Below, piece after piece: positions 55,169 to 56,588 of a DNA stretch of 56,588 bases (position 1 is its first letter; every line of letters begins with the position of its first letter). The DNA comes from Lysobacterales bacterium (GTDB lineage Bacteria; Pseudomonadota; Gammaproteobacteria; Xanthomonadales; Rhodanobacteraceae), in NCBI GenBank assembly GCA_038234445.1, contig JBBQTY010000001.1, positions 1-56,588 on the forward strand, given 5' to 3'. Below the pieces are notes generated by a model, which was not told the DNA's origin, did no database searches, and worked only from the letters and a program-made list of their open reading frames with translations. The position numbers and the translations under genes are program-made.

Positions 55169-56588
55169 TCAGGGCACCGCTTCGAATCCATCGGCGAAGA
55201 GGCGGTCGACCCGCACGTTCAAGTGGTATTCGCGGGAAACGTTGAGCCCGCTCAGGTACACCGAAAAGTAGTAGGAACCCGCCTGCACCGGTACGCCGCT
55301 GAGTACGCCGCTGGCACCCGCCAAGGAGAGGCCACCGACAAGATTCAGATTCGGCGAGGCAACCGCCCACGAAAGTGCGCCGGCGGTATTTTGTGCGTTA
55401 AAGGTGTGCGTATAGGGAACGCCGACATAGGCATCGGGAAGCGGCGGATCTGTGGCGATGTACGGCGTGCCACCGTCGTCGTTGACGATCAGGCAATAGC
55501 CATCGCCTGCGGACGGCATGGAGAGCAGACTCGCGTTGACTGGGTTGGAAAGATTCAGGCTGAAGTATTCGTCACTCTCGGTCACGGTGTCGCCGACCAC
55601 CGGCACTTCCACGGTTTTTCGAGTCTCTCCCGGTGCAAAGCTCAACGTACCCGCAGTCTGGATGTAGTCACTAGGCGGAACGGCCTGCGATGAGGCAGTC
55701 GCGTAGTTGACCGTGATTGTCTGGGTGGACGGGTTGGACAAGCTGACCGTGAACCGCGCTGGCCGGGTTCCACTGTTGCCCTCGCTCACCGCGATATGGT
55801 CGAGTCTGATCTGCGGCCGCGGCACGACGGGCGTCGGCCAGAAATGCACGGTGCCGTTGCCACGGCCGACCGAAAAGTAAGGATATGGTACCGGCGGCAC
55901 GTTCATCGTTTCGATGCCGAAGCCTGTCTCGGTGAATGGCGCGTGCAGCGTGACCAGCGGGCAACCATCGACGAAGCAGCCACCTCCCAGCGCCGCGATG
56001 CGGCCGTCCGGACTGATCTCGATGTCTCCGAACCCACCAAGATTCTGACCGCCAGCCGGAAGATGCAGCCATTCGACGTGGGAGCTTGCGTTGTAAGGTG
56101 CGGAAATCGCGAAAACCTGACCCTGGCCGCCCGACGCGATCGCATCCACTGCGAGTGCCTGGCTGCCATCGGGCGTGAACGCGATCGCATGCAATTCTGA
56201 TGCATGCGCAACGATCAGTTGTTCCGACGTGCTGGAGGCCGAAAACGGCGCATGCATGATCGTCACCAGATTCTGGCCAGGCGTTGCCCCGCCGCTGGTC
56301 AGCAACAAGGTCGCGGCGTCCGGTGACAACGCGACCGAGCGCGAGGCGCTGCTGCTGGCATCGGCGACGACCGGCAGCGGAATCGTGAACGCGATATTGG
56401 CCGCGTCATACGGTGGATTGATCACCGTCACGCCGTTGGTATGCGCAACATAAGCTCGACCCGTGTTGGGATCGAATGCGATCGCGTGGGTTTGCTCAGC
56501 GCCAAACTTGCCGGGCATGGTCAGGATGTCGGAAGCCACCGATAGAGCCGACAGCGGCATTGGAACAACCCATAGCAGGCTGCTCGCC
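55169..56588 (-). CDS. Beta-propeller + Calx-beta + putative Ig domain protein, probably secreted (5' end beyond window)
   Basis: Frame is open to the window edge. IAF.PDG repeats; Calx-beta (EGNSGT..F.V.LS...DY....GTL.FAPGET); GVPY..TF.A..G.LSGVP. Ends DRLFADGFEAVP. Confidence 0.82.
   Translation of the reverse strand, partial: ASSLLWVVPMPLSALSVASDILTMPGKFGAEQTHAIAFDPNTGRAYVAHTNGVTVINPPYDAANIAFTIPLPVVADASSSASRSVALSPDAATLLLTSGGATPGQNLVTIMHAPFSASSTSEQLIVAHASELHAIAFTPDGSQALAVDAIASGGQGQVFAISAPYNASSHVEWLHLPAGGQNLGGFGDIEISPDGRIAALGGGCFVDGCPLVTLHAPFTETGFGIETMNVPPVPYPYFSVGRGNGTVHFWPTPVVPRPQIRLDHIAVSEGNSGTRPARFTVSLSNPSTQTITVNYATASSQAVPPSDYIQTAGTLSFAPGETRKTVEVPVVGDTVTESDEYFSLNLSNPVNASLLSMPSAGDGYCLIVNDDGGTPYIATDPPLPDAYVGVPYTHTFNAQNTAGALSWAVASPNLNLVGGLSLAGASGVLSGVPVQAGSYYFSVYLSGLNVSREYHLNVRVDRLFADGFEAVP

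Noticed and set aside
50665-56588. Exosortase H as the processor of the neighbouring FADGF-tail proteins
   Set aside because: Exosortase substrates need a TM helix plus a basic tail, which these lack; proximity alone is insufficient.
1-56588. CRISPR arrays, tRNA/rRNA, riboswitches, integrase/prophage, DGR-type repeats
   Set aside because: No regularly spaced short DNA repeats or recognisable RNA genes by eye. Repeats are divergent protein-domain repeats, the GT4 duplicate's differences are not adenine-specific, and no reverse transcriptase is present.

Overview
GC-rich bacterial DNA whose gene content and order (pilT-proC-yggT-DUF4426, short pdxH, many secreted proteins ending in a D-x-(I/L)-F-A-(D/N)-G-F-(D/E) tail) suggest a Xanthomonadales/Rhodanobacteraceae-like gammaproteobacterium (inference). 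The left 25 kb is one minus-strand operon whose last four genes overlap at their stop/start codons. In order it encodes a secreted Gly-rich protein, a 2647-aa IPT + 20x Ig-repeat stalk, a 2531-aa multidomain surface protein with an IPTL-CTERM-like anchor, a 2343-aa Sec-signal transglutaminase-like/Rhs fusion with a NucA/NucB-type DNase tip, and a cytoplasmic SMI1/KNR4-DUF1851 immunity protein; an IS256 follows. This looks like a surface-displayed polymorphic toxin system with no T6SS, CDI or T1SS parts in the window, and it is the best candidate for an undescribed system. The middle has a GT2-gmd-GT4 cluster, a lysyl-endopeptidase-like gene bracketed by a duplicated GT4 3' end, a BNR/FN3 secreted protein and a TonB-dependent receptor. 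The right part has housekeeping genes, a coiled-coil/OmpA/Rab-like GTPase/hybrid kinase operon, a response regulator, dodecin, exosortase H and three more secreted proteins with the FADGF-type tail. No rRNA, tRNA or CRISPR array was seen. All family calls are from motif recognition by eye, not database searches.
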